A stretch of 41,730 bases of DNA. It comes from Terriglobia bacterium. Its GTDB lineage: Bacteria; Acidobacteriota; Terriglobia; UBA7540. A program made the translations under genes and the position numbers. Where the stretch lies: the NCBI GenBank assembly GCA_050745325.1, contig JBOGJY010000005.1, forward strand, positions 1-41,730, written 5' to 3'. Below the pieces are notes generated by a model. That model was given only the letters and a program-made list of their open reading frames with translations, was not told the DNA's origin and did not search any database. Within the stretch, counting starts at the first letter, position 1, and each line of letters starts with the position of its first letter. Below are positions 1 through 9,342 of this stretch, piece by piece.

Positions 1-77
1 AACTATGCGTCTCCAAGAGCTCTAACTCGGACTCGAACAACGGCGCCTCGAAGGCCGCTCCTTGGGCGCACCTGTTA

Positions 78-1460
78 TTGCTTTTGATGATGTTTGTACC
101 TTGGCAAACGGTTCTCGGGGCATGCCACGTGGTCACGCCAAATGGTTCGGGCTCACAGACCGGGGCGGACTGGAACAACGCCCTGGCTAATCTGCCGGGC
201 ACGCTGACCCGCGGTGATGTCTATTATCTCGCGGACGGAAACTACGGGAGCTACACTTTCAACACTGCCGCGTCAGGCACGGCCACGATAGAGATTCGCA
301 AGGCGCAGACCTACGACCATTGTACGGACACTGGTTGGAATGCTTCTACGATGGGGTCGTCTCAGGCTGTATTCTCCGGTGCGACGTTTAACAATCTGTT
401 CACGACCGATGCCCCTTACTTCATCCTGAACGGCAACGGAACATCGACTGGAGCAGGGTGCGGGAATGCCCCAGGTACGACCGTGACTTCAAACCCTCCG
501 GCGCCATCCGATTGCGGCTTCAAGTTCGATAACTCAGCCGACACGGCGGGCACGACTCTCTATAACGAAGTCAGCGCGCCCGCCCACGTCACCTATGAAT
601 ATCTGGAGATCAGCGAGCCTGGAGATAACACCAACGAGCAGTATGACGTTTTTGGGCCGGGAACAGGCCCATCAACCTACATTCACGTCTACGGCCACAA
701 TGCTGGCTGTGTTTATTTCCAGGATGGCGGCGATACCCGGACGATTTCGCATTCCTACTTCTGGGGAACCGAGACGAACGGAGCTGGCGGCGGCTGCCAC
801 GGTCAATTTAGCTTTGAGGACGGCGCGACTTCTAACTCTTCGGAGTATAACAATGTTTACCGTGACATCACCGGAACCGCGATTTGGACGTTCGCAAATA
901 CAAGCACCACTCACAACAACTGGTCCTATTACGACAATGTTATATGGGACACCTTCCCGGCCGCCTCTTGGTCGCCGTTTCTCTCGGATGGGGTGATCGC
1001 TTGTATCAACGCGGGCACAAACTGCACCAATTTTGTCTTTGTGCAGAACGACATCATCAACCTGCCGCTCACCTCGGCTAGCGGAATCAACAACGAAAAC
1101 ACCGGCAGCTACACGGTGGAAAACAACATCTGGTACAACTGTGGCCTTGAACCTGGTTTCAACATTGGAACCGGGGGCACATATACACACCAGTACAATT
1201 CCTACCTGCAAACGGTTGGAGGCCCATCTGGAGCGGCGGCTGTCCTGGTCACTTCCTTTATCCCTAACCCATTTGTAAGCTGGACTACCGGCAATTTTAA
1301 TCTGGCCTCAGATAACTCCGACTGGGATAACCGGCTGGCCCTTGGTCCTCCGTATACTACTGACGTGAATGGAGTTATATTTTCGACAGACCGGGGAGCG
1401 TATCAGTTGGGGCAGTCCTCGGTGCAACCACCGACCAATTTACAAGCCGCGCCCCACTGA
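78..1460 (+). CDS. Secreted right-handed beta-helix (pectin-lyase-like) protein; true start may lie upstream of the window
   Basis: Frame is open from base 3. Hydrophobic signal-like stretch (WAHLLLLLMMFVPWQTVLG/A), GSGSQTGADWNNA...RGDVYYLADGNY N-terminal motif, Asn-rich xxNNxx repeats (YNNVY, YDNVI, ENNIW), DRGAYQ near the C-terminus, terminal PPTNLQAAPH. Confidence 0.7.
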   Translation: MLLMMFVPWQTVLGACHVVTPNGSGSQTGADWNNALANLPGTLTRGDVYYLADGNYGSYTFNTAASGTATIEIRKAQTYDHCTDTGWNASTMGSSQAVFSGATFNNLFTTDAPYFILNGNGTSTGAGCGNAPGTTVTSNPPAPSDCGFKFDNSADTAGTTLYNEVSAPAHVTYEYLEISEPGDNTNEQYDVFGPGTGPSTYIHVYGHNAGCVYFQDGGDTRTISHSYFWGTETNGAGGGCHGQFSFEDGATSNSSEYNNVYRDITGTAIWTFANTSTTHNNWSYYDNVIWDTFPAASWSPFLSDGVIACINAGTNCTNFVFVQNDIINLPLTSASGINNENTGSYTVENNIWYNCGLEPGFNIGTGGTYTHQYNSYLQTVGGPSGAAAVLVTSFIPNPFVSWTTGNFNLASDNSDWDNRLALGPPYTTDVNGVIFSTDRGAYQLGQSSVQPPTNLQAAPH

Positions 1461-1836
1461 AGATAGAAGTGGCGTTCACCCCTCAGCCGCGTGATCAGTA
1501 CCTCTAATGGAGGAGGACTCATAACGCGCAGAATCGCAAAGTGGTTGTGGGGCTTCGTTACTGTCGGCGTGCCAATCTTGTTAATTTCGACTTAGGTGAA
1601 GGATCGCGGCATTAGCCGTTTGTTCGAGTATCTTCCGTCACGAATTGCGGAAGAGTTTAGCGGATCCTCATTCTTCCTTTCTTTCTGACCAATCCGACGT
1701 CACCCCTGCTTCTTGCTCGACGACCCCATTTTGCGCGACACCCACGGTCCGATTTTCATGGCATTCTTGCGAAAAGCGTTCGCCTGTTTCGAGACCACAC
1801 GACGCATAATGCGGGGTGCTGACCGGAACATAACCC

Positions 1837-3195
1837 ATGCAACCCGAACACATTCGTTTTGGAGGCGGTGCGACGGCAACGGTGCTGCATCCGCTGGTGG
1901 CGGTGGGGATGCTCGTTGTCATCGTGTTGATCCTCACCCTTCCACGCAACAAGGCTATCACGCCCTTTCTGCTGGCCTATTTCACGATCCCGCTGGGACA
2001 AGTGCTGGTATTGGGAGGCGCGCACTTTACGATGCTTCAAATCCTTATCCTGACGGTTGTGGGCCGGATGGCCGTCTTCCGAGGGTCGGCTTCGGAAAAA
2101 AGGTTCGCGGGGGGATTCAACGCCTTGGACAAGGTGGTAGTGCTTTGGGCGTTGTCGGCTCTTATCATCGTTTCTCTGCAGTGGTTGGAGCTGCAGGCGT
2201 TTATCAAGTTCATGGGGGATTTGATAGAAACCCTGGGTGGTTACCTAGCGGTGAGGTTTCTGATTCCCGACCGCGACGCGGTCCGGCGCACGGTCAAAGT
2301 GTTGGCGGTGATTTGCGTCATTCAGGGCGTTTGCATGATGAGCGAGCAGTTCACTCTCCGAAATGTGTTCGGCTTCCTCGGAGCGCCTTCGACCGACATA
2401 AGAGACGGCAACGTTCGTGCACAGGGGACGATGGGCGCTCTCTACGGCGGCGTATTCGCCGGTGTATTGATTCCATTGTTTCTCTGGCTGTGGGCGGAAG
2501 GGAAGCCACGGCTGGCGGCATATGCGGGCTTTGCCGGGGCTACGGCCATGGTGGTCGCGTCACATACCAGCACCGCCCTGATGGCCTACGCTGGCGGGCT
2601 CCTGGGTCTGGGCTTCTGGCCTCTGCGCAAACAGATGCGGCTTGTCCGATGGGCAATCGTTGCCACCCTGCTGGGCTTACAACTGGTCATGAACGGGCCC
2701 GTGTGGTCCCTGATTGAAAAGGTTGACCTCATCGGCGGCTCGTCCAGCTACCATCGCTACATGCTGATCGACACCTTGATACGGCACTTTGGCGAATGGT
2801 GGCTCTTAGGCACAAGGAACAATGGCTCCTGGGGATGGGAGAGTTGGGACACCTGTAACCAGTTTGTGGCTATCGCTGTGACAGGAGGTCTGCTGACGCT
2901 GGCGCTCTGGATCACGATTCTCAAGCGGGGTTTCGCTGCGGTTGGCAACGCCCGGAAGCAGGTGAGCGGGGATCGCAGGGAGGAATGGTTCCTCTGGTGC
3001 CTGGCTTCCAGCCTGTTTGCTAATGTTGTGGCGCAGTTCGGCATTAATTACATGGCTCAATTGCTGCTCGTCCTCTACCCCTTACTTGCGTGCATCTCCG
3101 TCGTGGCCATCGCGACCCGGCAGGTATCATCCCGAAGCGCGGAGATGCTGGACGGCGTCGAGCTCGCTCCTATAACGAGCCCCGCCGAGGCCTGA
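1837..3195 (+). CDS. O-antigen ligase / Wzy polymerase-like polytopic membrane protein
   Basis: 452 aa with many hydrophobic segments and a periplasmic loop (GGSSSYHRYMLID...WWLLG...WDTCNQFV). Sits in a polysaccharide cluster. In-frame TAA at 1831 limits the start. Confidence 0.7.
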   Translation: MQPEHIRFGGGATATVLHPLVAVGMLVVIVLILTLPRNKAITPFLLAYFTIPLGQVLVLGGAHFTMLQILILTVVGRMAVFRGSASEKRFAGGFNALDKVVVLWALSALIIVSLQWLELQAFIKFMGDLIETLGGYLAVRFLIPDRDAVRRTVKVLAVICVIQGVCMMSEQFTLRNVFGFLGAPSTDIRDGNVRAQGTMGALYGGVFAGVLIPLFLWLWAEGKPRLAAYAGFAGATAMVVASHTSTALMAYAGGLLGLGFWPLRKQMRLVRWAIVATLLGLQLVMNGPVWSLIEKVDLIGGSSSYHRYMLIDTLIRHFGEWWLLGTRNNGSWGWESWDTCNQFVAIAVTGGLLTLALWITILKRGFAAVGNARKQVSGDRREEWFLWCLASSLFANVVAQFGINYMAQLLLVLYPLLACISVVAIATRQVSSRSAEMLDGVELAPITSPAEA

Positions 3196-3273
3196 CCGCC
3201 GGCCCGCGAGTCAAGTTGAGAGGGACGGCGGAGTTTTTCAGGTTGTGGAAATGATCGCCTCAAGTCGGCTTTT

Positions 3274-4278
3274 ATGAATCCCAAGGTATCCGTTATCATC
3301 CCGACCTATAACCGGGCAGCCGCGGTGAGGAACGCCATTGGAAGTGCTTTGACCCAGACCGTCGCCGAGATCGAAGTCATCGTGGTGGATGACGGATCGT
3401 CGGATGGAACGGGGAAGGTTCTTGCGGAGGCGTTTGGTGATCGGATCCGTTACTTCGCGCAGGCCAATCAGGGTGTGAGCGCGGCGCGGAACATGGGAAT
3501 CGCACAAGCGCGGGGAGACTGGATCGCATTCCTAGACTCCGATGATCTCTGGGAAAAGGACAAGGTCGAGTGGCAGCTCAAGGCCCTGGAGCGGTTTGGC
3601 CCCCAATGCGGCGCGTGTTACACGGACGTTCGATTCTATAATCATCCGGAAACGCGGACCATGTTCCAAATGGCGGAAAGGGGCGATCAGCATGAAGGAG
3701 AGATGGGTGTCAGCCCGAGTGTGCTGAAGCTATTGGTGAGACCCGGGGGCGCAGGCATGGTCGTCTGCCCGTCCTCTCTCCTGGCTCGCGCCGATGCGGT
3801 GAGAAGAACGGGCGGGCTGGATCTTAAACTGCGATTTCAGCAAGACACCGAATTCATGTTTCGGATAGCCCTACACACAGGCTTTTGCTATGTCAACCGT
3901 GCGCTCGTCCGGTTCGACCGGTCACCCGCAGAAATTCGTCACGTGGGAGCGAGTAGTGAATGGAACAAGGCCGAATTTGTTCTTCAGGACAGTCGGATCT
4001 GGCTGGATGGGCTCTTGCGCCTGGGTGAAGATGTGCCATCGAACATCCGCAAGCTCATTCGGGAACAGTTGGGCTCGGTCCATAGCGGGTTGGCCAATTG
4101 TTATCTGGAGGCCCGACACTACGGGAAGGCGCGCGAAGCCGTATCGAAAGCGGCGCAATTGGACTTGAATTTCAATATCGCGGTGAAATGGTTGCTCACG
4201 TGGATGAGTCCCCGGCTGGCGCTCCGAACGGTTCACCGCCACCAGGAAAACAGGAAAGATTCGGCAGGGTTCGTATGA
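3274..4278 (+). CDS. Glycosyltransferase family 2
   Basis: VSVIIPTYN, VVDDGSSD, NQGVSAARN and FLDSDD GT-A motifs. Confidence 0.95.
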   Translation: MNPKVSVIIPTYNRAAAVRNAIGSALTQTVAEIEVIVVDDGSSDGTGKVLAEAFGDRIRYFAQANQGVSAARNMGIAQARGDWIAFLDSDDLWEKDKVEWQLKALERFGPQCGACYTDVRFYNHPETRTMFQMAERGDQHEGEMGVSPSVLKLLVRPGGAGMVVCPSSLLARADAVRRTGGLDLKLRFQQDTEFMFRIALHTGFCYVNRALVRFDRSPAEIRHVGASSEWNKAEFVLQDSRIWLDGLLRLGEDVPSNIRKLIREQLGSVHSGLANCYLEARHYGKAREAVSKAAQLDLNFNIAVKWLLTWMSPRLALRTVHRHQENRKDSAGFV

Positions 4279-5285
4279 GAATCCGCGCGGCAGAGACAGA
4301 AGCTGTAGCGCCGGCCTTGAGGCCGGAAGATGCCGGGCTGAAGCCCGGCGCTACACCGGAGGGGCCGTGCCCTATCTGCGGGCAAACGGCCGCGCAGGAA
4401 TGGTTGCGGGCGCCGGACAGGTTTCACGGCACGCCACAGCTTTACACGCTTGTCCGTTGCCCGGCCTGTTCGCTCGTCTGGTTAAGCAATCCACCCCGAC
4501 CACATGAGATGGGCCAGCACTATACTGCCGAGTATCACAGGCTCATCTCGGCGGCTGGCGAGGCCTCACCTCACCGCTGGCAGGGCCGCATCCAGGCCTT
4601 GAGACAATACAAGCAATCCGGGAAGATTCTTGACCTGGGCTGCAGCTCGGGAGGGTTTCTTGGGCTTTTCCAGGGCGATTCGTGGAATCTGTATGGAATC
4701 GAGATGTCCGCCGACTGTGCTAGAAGAGCCGAGGCAAGAACCGGCGCCCGCGTCTTTGTAGGCGATATTCTGGAGGCTCCGTTCCCGCCGGACTCGTTCG
4801 ATGTCATCACCTGCTTCGACGTATTGGAGCACCTTTATGAGCCGCGACAAGTGATGGCCAAGGTGAGTGAATGGCTTAAACCTGGCGGGATCTTCTATGT
4901 CCAGGTGCCCAACATTGACTCAGCGGAGGCACGCGTGTTTGGGACTTACTGGCATGGCCTCGAGCTGCCGCGCCACCTGTTTCACTATTCGCCGACGTCG
5001 CTCAAGTTCCTGGCTGAGTCGGCAGGGCTCCATGTAGTGTCGCTCGAAACGCGCCGGAATCCTGCCGTTGGGACCAGCCTGCGCTATGTGTGGGACGCTG
5101 TGCGTCGCACCGTCGGGATCCAGCCCACACCCGTAGCCTACCGAAGCGAAGCGACCTTTGCCTGGCGGGCGGCGCGAAAGCTGGTCCGCATGACCGTTTT
5201 GCGCGTCCTGCTGGCGATGGCCCCTCTGGTGGGCGAAGGGGAAGCCATCCACGCCATTTTCCAGAAGGAAGGGGCTTTTTTGTGA
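4275..5285 (+). CDS. Class I SAM-dependent methyltransferase with N-terminal Zn-ribbon
   Basis: ATG 4275 overlaps the upstream stop (ATGA). CPIC...CPAC, LDLGCSSG, FDVITCFDVLEHL, LKPGG, PRHLFHY. Confidence 0.9.
   Translation: MRIRAAETEAVAPALRPEDAGLKPGATPEGPCPICGQTAAQEWLRAPDRFHGTPQLYTLVRCPACSLVWLSNPPRPHEMGQHYTAEYHRLISAAGEASPHRWQGRIQALRQYKQSGKILDLGCSSGGFLGLFQGDSWNLYGIEMSADCARRAEARTGARVFVGDILEAPFPPDSFDVITCFDVLEHLYEPRQVMAKVSEWLKPGGIFYVQVPNIDSAEARVFGTYWHGLELPRHLFHYSPTSLKFLAESAGLHVVSLETRRNPAVGTSLRYVWDAVRRTVGIQPTPVAYRSEATFAWRAARKLVRMTVLRVLLAMAPLVGEGEAIHAIFQKEGAFL
4304..4355. repeat. GTAG-type REP doublet (REPIN-like palindrome) inside the methyltransferase 5' end
   Basis: 11-bp terminal inverted repeat TGTAGCGCCGG / CCGGCGCTACA enclosing two internal hairpins, CCGGCC-TTGA-GGCCGG and GCCGGGC-TGAA-GCCCGGC. 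Confidence 0.75.
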
Positions 5286-5302
5286 GAAGAAGGGGTAAAA
5301 AC

Positions 5303-6031
5303 GTGCAGCATCCGAACCATCGCCCGCCGCTTGAGGACCCATTGGAGCTTTTTCCAAGGGGGCTTACGAAAATCTATAGCCTCTGGGTCAGTCAGACGTA
5401 TCCATTTGCCTCAATCGGACGTGACGTGTCGTTTCATTTTACGAGCAGGGTGAGCCGGCAACGGGCGCCCAGGATCAGCCTAGGCAATTCTGTGAGATTG
5501 CTGGAGCGCACGTGGCTTAGCCCTGCGACCGACGATCCCATCGGTGAGCCGATCATTGTCATTGATGACGGCTGTAGCATCGGATCCGGCAGCGTTATAT
5601 CCGGCAAGAACCGAGTCCACTTGGAGCGCGATATCCTCATAGGCCAGCACGTCATAATTCAAGACCACAATCACGCGTACGAAGATATCGAAGTGCCAAT
5701 CATCAGACAGGGCATTACAGAGGGCGGCAGAATCCGAATTGGCGAAGGATCTTGGATCGGTCGCGGGGCGGCCATCCTATGCTCAAGGGGCGAGCTGACC
5801 ATAGGCCGTCATTGTGTTGTCTCAGCCAATTCTGTGGTGACGCGAAGCATCCCGGATTACTCCCTAGCCTTTGGCATGCCAGCAACGGTAATTAGACAAT
5901 ACGATCCGGAGACGCGAGCCTGGCGCATGGGTCAGATCAGGAGCGTAGGCGCGGCAGATCGTGGAAATATCGTCAAGATGAGTTCCGTGGACCAAGAAGA
6001 AGCCACGGAAAGAGTCGTAGAGCGTGGCTAA
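5303..6031 (+). CDS. Hexapeptide-repeat (left-handed beta-helix) acyltransferase
   Basis: DHNHAYED, IRIGEGSWIGRGAAIL, IGRHCVVSANSVVTRSIP, GMPA. Start taken as GTG 5303 after GAAGGGG; GTG 5282 (GTGA overlap) is the alternative. Confidence 0.88.
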   Translation: MQHPNHRPPLEDPLELFPRGLTKIYSLWVSQTYPFASIGRDVSFHFTSRVSRQRAPRISLGNSVRLLERTWLSPATDDPIGEPIIVIDDGCSIGSGSVISGKNRVHLERDILIGQHVIIQDHNHAYEDIEVPIIRQGITEGGRIRIGEGSWIGRGAAILCSRGELTIGRHCVVSANSVVTRSIPDYSLAFGMPATVIRQYDPETRAWRMGQIRSVGAADRGNIVKMSSVDQEEATERVVERG

Positions 6032-6095
6032 GATGGCAGGACGGCACAACCCGCTTATGCGGATGCAGGCGAGCATCACCCAGCGTGGAGCAAAG

Positions 6096-6818
6096 ATGGC
6101 AAAGATGAATGATAGCACCGGATCTCGCGCTCGATTTAATGATCCACTGAAACTTATTCCTCGGATTTTGAGAAAGCTTCACAGCGAATGGCTGCGCGTG
6201 GCGTACCCGTTTGTAGCGATGGGTTCCAAGACGTCCATCCATCCCACCTGCTTCATCGACAGGAAGAACGCGCACCGCATCAAGTTAGGACGTGACATCA
6301 GGATAGAAAAAGACACTTGCTTGGGGTTGAGTGTCCCGCCGGAGGAAGAGGGCGAGCCGGTAATCATCATTGAAGATAATTGCGTCATTCACTGGCGTTC
6401 GCAGATTGGCGCCAAAAACCTTATTCATCTGGAGCGTGATGTGCTCATCGCGCAGGATGTTCTGATCGTAGACCAGAACCACGCCTATGAAGACATCACA
6501 ATCCCAATCGCAGACCAGGGGTTTACCAAGGGTGGGACAATCCGAATCGGACAGGGCTGTTACATCGGTCACGGAGCGGCCATCATATGTTCCCGAGGCG
6601 ACTTGGTCCTGGGCCGCAATTGCGTTGTGGCGGCTCACGCCGTGGTTACAAGGAGTGCGCCACCGTACTCCGTTCTTTCCGGGAATCCGGCCATGATTGT
6701 CAGACAATACGACCCAGCTAAGCAAGCCTGGGTCGTCGGGTCAGTTCGTTCGGCGGAAACTGAACCCACAACACAAAAGCGCGAGGTTGGGTCCTACCTT
6801 GTCGGCAGACGCGCATAG
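6096..6818 (+). CDS. Hexapeptide-repeat acyltransferase, tandem paralog of the upstream gene
   Basis: DQNHAYED, IRIGQGCYIGHGAAII, LGRNCVVAAHAVVTRS, GNPA. Start uncertain (ORF from 6024; ATG 6096 follows GGAG). Confidence 0.88.
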   Translation: MAKMNDSTGSRARFNDPLKLIPRILRKLHSEWLRVAYPFVAMGSKTSIHPTCFIDRKNAHRIKLGRDIRIEKDTCLGLSVPPEEEGEPVIIIEDNCVIHWRSQIGAKNLIHLERDVLIAQDVLIVDQNHAYEDITIPIADQGFTKGGTIRIGQGCYIGHGAAIICSRGDLVLGRNCVVAAHAVVTRSAPPYSVLSGNPAMIVRQYDPAKQAWVVGSVRSAETEPTTQKREVGSYLVGRRA

Positions 6819-6907
6819 AGAGTGATGTTTCGAAAAACACTGCACCGAATTCACAACGTGTGCTGCGGCTCGGTTTCCTGTAGAGAGCACGCAGTTGGCA
6901 GGATAGA

Positions 6908-8008
6908 TTGACGAATATAACGGGAGGGAATGTGCATTCGAGACCACTGCCCTTAGTGAGCATAGTGACTCCGGTCTACAACAACGCGGAGTATCTTGCT
7001 GAGTGCGTTGAAAGCGTTCAGGCGCAGACCTACCAAAATTGGGACTACACCATCGTCAACAACTGTAGCACGGATGGATCGGGGGAAATCGCGCGCCGGT
7101 ACGCCGCGAAAGACCCGAGGATTCGAGTTTACAACAACCTGCAGTTTTTAGAAGTACTTCCCAACCATAACCACGCGCTACGTCAAATTTCCCCCGAGAG
7201 CACGTATTGCAAGATCGTGTTTGGCGATGATTGGATCTTTCCTCAATGCCTGGAGGAAATGGTTGCCGTGGCTGAGGAGCATCCGTCAGTGGGAGTCGTC
7301 GGAGCTTACGGTCTGGAGGAGCACGAAGTTGTCTGGCGCGGGCTCCCATATCCCAGCCGGTTGGTTTCCGGCCGCGCGATCTGCCGTCGAACGTTTCTCG
7401 AAGACATCTACGTGTTTGGAACGTCAACCTCGGTCCTTTATCGCTCGGATTTGGTCAGAAGCCGTGATCCCTTCTATAACGAGAGCAATTTCCATGCTGA
7501 CCGGGAAGCATGTGTCGTACTCCTTAAAACCTGTGACTTCGGTTTTGTCCATCAGATCCTTACCTTCAAGAGATTGCAGGCGGGCTCGCTGACACCCACG
7601 GTGTCCATGGACCTGATGACTCACTTTGGCGCTACCCTGTACACCTTGGTAACGCACGGCCCGGATTTTCTGACCAGGGAGGAGCTCGATAGCTGCCTGA
7701 ATCAACTTTTGGCCGAATACTACAATTTTCTTGCCGTAAGTCTAATGCGAGGCCGTCGCGACAAGGAGTTTTGGGACTATCAAAAGCGAAAACTGAATGA
7801 AACGGTCGGCTTTAGCCGGACCCGTTTGGCCGGAGCGGTTTTGGCAAGGTTGTGCAGGCTCTTTCTCAACCCATACGAGACCATCGAGAAGCTGCAAGCG
7901 GGTCGAAATCATCGGAAGCTTTCCGATCGCAGGCGAGGTGACAAAATCGAGAGTATTACGACTCCACACCTCGATGGAAATGGGACCGGCGCTCCGGTGA
8001 GGGAGTAA
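6908..8008 (+). CDS. Glycosyltransferase family 2
   Basis: VSIVTPVYN, IVNNCSTDGS, FGDD. Start may be GTG 6932 after GGAGG. Confidence 0.93.
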   Translation: MTNITGGNVHSRPLPLVSIVTPVYNNAEYLAECVESVQAQTYQNWDYTIVNNCSTDGSGEIARRYAAKDPRIRVYNNLQFLEVLPNHNHALRQISPESTYCKIVFGDDWIFPQCLEEMVAVAEEHPSVGVVGAYGLEEHEVVWRGLPYPSRLVSGRAICRRTFLEDIYVFGTSTSVLYRSDLVRSRDPFYNESNFHADREACVVLLKTCDFGFVHQILTFKRLQAGSLTPTVSMDLMTHFGATLYTLVTHGPDFLTREELDSCLNQLLAEYYNFLAVSLMRGRRDKEFWDYQKRKLNETVGFSRTRLAGAVLARLCRLFLNPYETIEKLQAGRNHRKLSDRRRGDKIESITTPHLDGNGTGAPVRE

Positions 8009-8012
8009 GCGA

Positions 8013-9245
8013 GTGACCTGCGGAGAACCAAAAATCGCCTTGTTCGGGCATTTTGGGGCGGGTAACTTCGGGAACGAGAGTACCCTTCAAGCAATGCTAT
8101 GTAGGCTTCGTCGCTTGGCGCCGGATGCCGAAGTTACATGCATCTGCACTTTGCCTGAAATCGTGGCCGTAGACTACAACATCACAGCCGTCCCCATTAG
8201 CACCGCTATGGTTAAGCCCTGGAACTTTCGCAACCCCCTTGCTAGATTGGTGCGGAAGCTCTTTATCGGAATACCAAGCGAGCTTTATCGGTGGCTCAGG
8301 GGTGTTATGATGCTCCGGGGCACGGACGTGCTTATCATCCCGGGAACCGGATTGCTGACGGATGCTTACAGCCTTGTCGGCTGGGGCCCTTATAGTACGT
8401 TCAAATGGTCGGTGATAGCCAAATTGTGCCGCTGCAAACTCCTCTTTGTAAGCGTGGGAGCCGGTCCTCTTTACAGCCGTGCCGGCAGATTCTTCGTCAA
8501 GGCAGCGCTTTCGCTAGCGGATTTCCGCTCCTATCGGGACCAGTCCACGCCACAATATCTTAAAGGCATTGGCTTCCGGTCCGGTAATGACCCAATCTAT
8601 CCGGATTTGGCCTTTAGCTTGACCCCGATTGCGCTACCGCGTGACCACGACAGCAAGGGGCGCAGATTGGTTGTTGGCCTCGGGCTGATGGAGTACGGCG
8701 GGAGGTATAGCATCGAGAGGCCGAGGAGCGCCGTAAATGCGGCGTACCTGGAGACTCTTGTAGAGTTTGTAAAGTGGCTGCTGACCCGCGAATACAACGT
8801 CCGACTACTGATCGGAGACCTTGTGGACACGCCCGTGACGCGAGAGTTCAGGTCGTTGCTGAAGGAGCGGCTAGTGACGTACGAAGAGGAACGAATTGTC
8901 GATGAGCCGGTCGCAACTTTTGAGGACGTTTTGTCGCAGCTTGCCGCGACGGATTTCGTTGTAGCGACTCGCTTTCACAATGTCCTTTTGGCGCTTCTTC
9001 TCAACAAGCCGGCGATCGCCATTTCCTTCCACCATAAATGCTCTTCCCTGATGAGCCAGATGGGATTGTCCGAATATTGCCAGGACATTAATGACCTGCA
9101 GGCTGATCGGTTGATCAAGCGATTCTGTCAGCTCGAGAAGAATGCTGGGAGCCTGAGGCCGATGATCAGGCAGAAGGCGGAAGAGTGTCGTACTGCTTTG
9201 GATCACCAGTACGATCTCATCTCTCAGCGCTTGGGACCTCGGTAG
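8013..9245 (+). CDS. Polysaccharide pyruvyl transferase family protein (WcaK/CsaB-like)
   Basis: GHFGAGNFGNE, IPGTG, SVGAGPL, SYRD, PDLAF, ATRFHNVL. Confidence 0.88.
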   Translation: MTCGEPKIALFGHFGAGNFGNESTLQAMLCRLRRLAPDAEVTCICTLPEIVAVDYNITAVPISTAMVKPWNFRNPLARLVRKLFIGIPSELYRWLRGVMMLRGTDVLIIPGTGLLTDAYSLVGWGPYSTFKWSVIAKLCRCKLLFVSVGAGPLYSRAGRFFVKAALSLADFRSYRDQSTPQYLKGIGFRSGNDPIYPDLAFSLTPIALPRDHDSKGRRLVVGLGLMEYGGRYSIERPRSAVNAAYLETLVEFVKWLLTREYNVRLLIGDLVDTPVTREFRSLLKERLVTYEEERIVDEPVATFEDVLSQLAATDFVVATRFHNVLLALLLNKPAIAISFHHKCSSLMSQMGLSEYCQDINDLQADRLIKRFCQLEKNAGSLRPMIRQKAEECRTALDHQYDLISQRLGPR

Positions 9246-9342
9246 CCGGAGGCGGTCAACCACATTACTGGCAACACAGCAGGCAGTTTGAATTACTTCC
9301 GGTTTGCAATCCCTAAGCCATCGAAACGAGGAGCCAGGCGTC

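Noticed and set aside
1713..2717. 334-aa alternative-frame ORF
   Set aside because: Overlaps the Wzy-like gene in another frame; Arg/Gly-rich with no motifs, typical of GC-rich shadow ORFs.
4098..4274. Upstream ORF-track extensions here and at 5090 and 9995
   Set aside because: They overlap upstream genes; coupled or family-typical starts at 4275, 5282/5303 and 10076 fit better.
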